Position numbers and translations under genes: made by a program
Part shown: piece after piece, positions 60,359 to 64,000 of the stretch
How positions within the stretch are numbered: position 1 is the stretch's first letter
How the letters are laid out: each line of letters opens with the position of its first letter
Assembly: GCA_903893485.1 (NCBI GenBank)
Contig: CAITMK010000012.1
Span: forward strand, 83,469-147,468
Direction of reading: 5' to 3'
Source of the DNA: Candidatus Magasanikiibacteriota bacterium
GTDB lineage: Bacteria > Patescibacteriota > Patescibacteriia > Magasanikbacterales > 2-02-FULL-50-9b
Length of the DNA stretch: 64,000 bases
Notes under the pieces: generated by a model
The model's input: only the letters and a program-made list of their open reading frames with translations
Told to the model about the DNA's origin: nothing
Database searches by the model: none

Positions 60359-63300
60359 ATGTTGCGTTCATTTTTTCAAAAATATTCAAAACAGGTCATA
60401 GTGCTTTCATTGGTTGCAACATTGGTGTTTCCAAATATTGCGAGTGCACAGTTGGTTACCACAGATCCTGTTGTAACCGGTTGGACAACGGCTAAATTTA
60501 TTTCAGATAAGGCGTACCAAACAATTGTTCCAGTATTGCAAAATGCAGCAACCGTGGCCGTCGTTAACGTGAGTCAACAAGTTGCTCGTGATGCCGCAGA
60601 ATCCGTGGCAACATGGATTACCTCCGGCGGTAAGGGTCAGAATCCATTGCAATACATGAAGAGTCCAACGGATTATATTAAATCTGCTGGTGCGCAAGGC
60701 CTTGGCGATTTTTTGGGTAATTATTCGCAGGCACTTGGCCTCGGTGACTTTTTATGTCACCCAACCGTTGGCGCAATTGCGGTTCCAACGGGTCTTTTGG
60801 ATTTGTTTAGTCCGCCAGACATCAATATTAATGCAAACATCGATTTAGGATTGCCACCTGCAATTACCGTGCAACCAAAATGTGATTTTCAAAGTGTTTT
60901 GGATTCATATGATGCGTTGGGCACATCAGTTAGCCAGACCTCAGATCAATTATTAGGTTCAATTGGCGATATTGCAAAAAAGGGTGGAGAAATCGACAGT
61001 GTCATGGCCGATCAAATGCAAGCGTTTACTAAAATGCAGATTTCAGCGTCACAAACTGCAGCCACACTTGCCGCAAGTCCATCTCATGCGCCGGTAGTTT
61101 CTCCAATTTCAGGTGATATTTTGCGCCCAGGTTCATTGGTTGCGATCGAAGCTTCTGCAAATACTGCAAAAGCGCAACAAGAAAAAGAAACGCAAACCAT
61201 GTCAGGTCTTTTAGCGTCAGGCGCAAGTGCAATTCCATCAATCTTTGCTTCAACGTTGTTTAACAGCCTTTCCAAAAAAATAATGGAGCGCTTGTTTAGT
61301 GGTAAGGGTGATGTGCCATCATCAGAAGAAAAGCTTGGTTTAAATTTGGCAAACGCGTTTGGCGCAGGCGGACGTGCTGTTGCAAATGGCACCGCATCAA
61401 CTAATATTTTTACGAGCACAAAAACCGCAACGGTTTCAGAAGGCGATTGGGATCAACTTACCGTATTTTCATCTTGCCCAACAGAATTTGCCCAAGCTGA
61501 TAACTGTGTCATCGAACAAGGTTTTGCCTCGGCGATCCGTAACGCACAAACGGGAAATGCGCTTACCGTTAAAGATGCACTTGCCAACGGCACACTTCAT
61601 GGCGATTGGGAATTGGTGCCACCATCGCAAGTCGCCCAAAACGAAGATCCAAACTGCTACAAGAGTTCATATTGTTACAGCAACTTGGTTAAATTGCGTA
61701 AGGCGCGTATTATTCCAATTGGATGGGAAATCGCAGCCGCAAATTCCGATGGCAATGGCAAAGTCACGCTTGGTTTAGTTGCTTCTAAATTTAATGATTG
61801 TGCCTACGTAAAAAATGTTCCAACACGCGATCCCCAGCACCCTTATTGTCATTTGATTGATCCAGATTGGGTACTCAAAATGCCACAAACAGTTTGTCGC
61901 GCGAAAGTATACGGCAGCGTGCCAGAAAGTTCACAAGGTGCTTCACGTCAGCAAGAATGTGCCGACGAAACGTCATGTTTGCAAGAAGATTCAACCGGGC
62001 AGTGTACTGGTGCCTACGGCTACTGCATGCGTGAGAGAAATACCTTTACCTTCGACGCGCCTTCATGTCCTGCGCAATTTGCAGGTTGCCGTACGTTTAG
62101 CAACAAACAATCCGGCGAGGTAAATCTTATCGAATCAACCGTTGATTCGTCACAGTGTACTGCAGCAAACGCTGGTTGTACCGGCTATATTACTGATTAT
62201 AAAGGTGGGGCATACGATCAAACGAGTACCAAAATTTATCTTAACGCATCGGCTCCAACTTGTGAGGCGAAAAATATTGGTTGTACCGAAGTTACGGATA
62301 CAAATAACGCGCAAACCGCATTTGTACGTTTGCCACCTGCAACATTAGGCTGTAAAGGTGAATCAACTGATCCGGTACAATGTGCTGATTATGCTCAGGC
62401 GTGTACTGTCGATGAAGTTGGTTGTGAATTATACAAACCAACCGAGGGTGCGGATCCAGCGGTCCCTGGTATCGCAACATTTGCAACTCGCGATAGCACG
62501 GGCGCCGTAACAAATGGTGAATGGAACAACGAATGTCCAAGCGAATGTGTGGGCTATGCTTCATATTACCAGGTTCCAACGCAATCCGAGCCAACTCAAA
62601 ATGTAACGACCGCATTTATTCCAAGAAGTGCTACCGAATGTACTCAAGAAGATGCTGGTTGTGATGCATATTTGAATACCGACACATCGGCAAAAGGTGC
62701 GGGTAAAACAGATTATTACACGCAATTGCAGCGTTGCCGAAAGCCAGATGACACGGGTATTAATTTTGCAACATTTTATACGTGGGAAGGTTCCGACAAT
62801 CAAGGCTATCAGTTGCATCAGCATGCACTGGTTACCGATCCTGCAGACGGAAGCCCAGTATATGATGCGGCGAGTGCAGATATTACAACATATAATACCG
62901 CATGTAATGAAACAACCTATAAAAATGATCGCTTAATAAACGGCAAACCAAATCCAAATTTTGATCCAGATTGTCGTGAATTGCTCAGCAATACCGGCGG
63001 TGGCGCAAGCACGGGTAAAACTTTTTATCGCCTGATTTCAAAAACCTTGCCAGTTTCAGCTGATTGTACTTCATACCGTAAAGAAAGCGTGACTCAGTCT
63101 GATTGTGAGGCAAGCCGTGGCGTATTCTCGTCCGGCGCTTGCGCATACGAAGCAATTCCAGCTCAGTCGCTTACCTGTAAAGCAGAATCTGTTGGTTGCC
63201 GTGGGTATCAGGGTGCAACAGCTGCTGATGCGCAAAACATTTTGACTGATAATTTTAGTACGCTTGGTAGCTGGACCGGCGGTATTCTTTCTGCCGAAGG

Positions 63301-64000
63301 TATTACGGTTGGCGATACCGTACTTAAAGTTACCGACGCAACCGCTGGCGGTAAACATGCCATTAAGCTTGCGGGCGGAAAAACATATAATCTGCGGTTT
63401 TGGGCAAAAGGCGTAAATACGTTTGACGTTGCAATTACAAGCCCAAACAATGGTGGCGCCGTGTACAAATTTAGTCAGGTTTCACAAACATTGGCTCCAG
63501 AGTGGCGTGCTTACGAGTTAAATTCGGTGAGTATTCCAAATGCAGATGATTCGGCGATTATTAGCTTCATTCCATCAAGCACAGCAAATTCAGTTTTATA
63601 CGTCGATAACGTAACGCTCAAGGAACAAGGTGAGGTGCTTTACGAAATTCGTGACTCATGGAAAACGCCAACGTCTTGTGATCCAAATCCAGGCGATGGC
63701 ATGCCAGGCCCTGCGCTTAACTGTCGTGAATATCAGCCGCAATCTGATACCAAAAAACCAACCGTATATTTGACCAGCTTCACTAATTTGTGTCGCCCAC
63801 AATCCGCGGGTTGTTCACGGTATCAAAATACTTATAATACCCAGGAAATTACCGAACGCACCGTTCCTGTTTCGAAAGATGGCAAAATTACCAAAACAAT
63901 TCCAGCGGATGATTTTGCGTACGTAATTGCAAAACCATCGGCATTCTGTACACAAGACAAAAAAGGTTGTAGCGCGCTTGGCGTTGAATCTTCGGATGCG
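60359..64000 (+). CDS. Giant secreted Cys-rich protein, truncated by the window edge (not in ORF track)
   Basis: ATG 60359 MLRSFFQKYSKQVIVLSLVATLVFPNIASAQ; spot-translated segments stay in frame and no closed ORF is listed in this frame; >1200 codons; many GC/C motifs. Confidence 0.85.
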   Translation, partial: MLRSFFQKYSKQVIVLSLVATLVFPNIASAQLVTTDPVVTGWTTAKFISDKAYQTIVPVLQNAATVAVVNVSQQVARDAAESVATWITSGGKGQNPLQYMKSPTDYIKSAGAQGLGDFLGNYSQALGLGDFLCHPTVGAIAVPTGLLDLFSPPDININANIDLGLPPAITVQPKCDFQSVLDSYDALGTSVSQTSDQLLGSIGDIAKKGGEIDSVMADQMQAFTKMQISASQTAATLAASPSHAPVVSPISGDILRPGSLVAIEASANTAKAQQEKETQTMSGLLASGASAIPSIFASTLFNSLSKKIMERLFSGKGDVPSSEEKLGLNLANAFGAGGRAVANGTASTNIFTSTKTATVSEGDWDQLTVFSSCPTEFAQADNCVIEQGFASAIRNAQTGNALTVKDALANGTLHGDWELVPPSQVAQNEDPNCYKSSYCYSNLVKLRKARIIPIGWEIAAANSDGNGKVTLGLVASKFNDCAYVKNVPTRDPQHPYCHLIDPDWVLKMPQTVCRAKVYGSVPESSQGASRQQECADETSCLQEDSTGQCTGAYGYCMRERNTFTFDAPSCPAQFAGCRTFSNKQSGEVNLIESTVDSSQCTAANAGCTGYITDYKGGAYDQTSTKIYLNASAPTCEAKNIGCTEVTDTNNAQTAFVRLPPATLGCKGESTDPVQCADYAQACTVDEVGCELYKPTEGADPAVPGIATFATRDSTGAVTNGEWNNECPSECVGYASYYQVPTQSEPTQNVTTAFIPRSATECTQEDAGCDAYLNTDTSAKGAGKTDYYTQLQRCRKPDDTGINFATFYTWEGSDNQGYQLHQHALVTDPADGSPVYDAASADITTYNTACNETTYKNDRLINGKPNPNFDPDCRELLSNTGGGASTGKTFYRLISKTLPVSADCTSYRKESVTQSDCEASRGVFSSGACAYEAIPAQSLTCKAESVGCRGYQGATAADAQNILTDNFSTLGSWTGGILSAEGITVGDTVLKVTDATAGGKHAIKLAGGKTYNLRFWAKGVNTFDVAITSPNNGGAVYKFSQVSQTLAPEWRAYELNSVSIPNADDSAIISFIPSSTANSVLYVDNVTLKEQGEVLYEIRDSWKTPTSCDPNPGDGMPGPALNCREYQPQSDTKKPTVYLTSFTNLCRPQSAGCSRYQNTYNTQEITERTVPVSKDGKITKTIPADDFAYVIAKPSAFCTQDKKGCSALGVESSDA

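Overview
Chromosomal window of a Patescibacteria/CPR-type bacterium, probably Parcubacteria/ABY1-like. This is inferred from compact housekeeping genes without Shine-Dalgarno (SD) sites, GAGC lipoboxes and giant secreted proteins. TGA acts as stop, so the code is table 11. Core genes are valS, tyrS, argS, pyrG, nusA, yidC, groES/groEL (with a CIRCE box), nth, prfB, tsaC and rsmA, plus three tRNAs (Leu-GAG, Val-TAC, Val-GAC). Surface proteins include a BspA/DUF285 repeat protein, a DUF3494 ice-binding-like protein and a 4081-aa GLUG-repeat protein, all three with related C-terminal peptidoglycan-binding anchors. A Cys-rich giant ORF runs off the right edge and is missing from the ORF track. The most striking pattern is two gene-expression dialects. 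Housekeeping genes lack an SD, start in a T-ATG context and often look leaderless. About eleven interspersed GC-richer orphan genes are stand-alone units, most with a TTGACA-type promoter, a GGAG(G) SD and a long GC hairpin terminator. Other points: a histidine phosphatase domain with all catalytic motifs inserted in ValRS, a branched 143-nt structured element, a YfiH-like protein with Cys->Ser, a Myxococcota-style acidic/Cys-repeat lipoprotein and two frameshifted genes. No CRISPR array, rRNA, transposase or integrase was seen. All family calls are from motif recognition by eye; no database searches were run.
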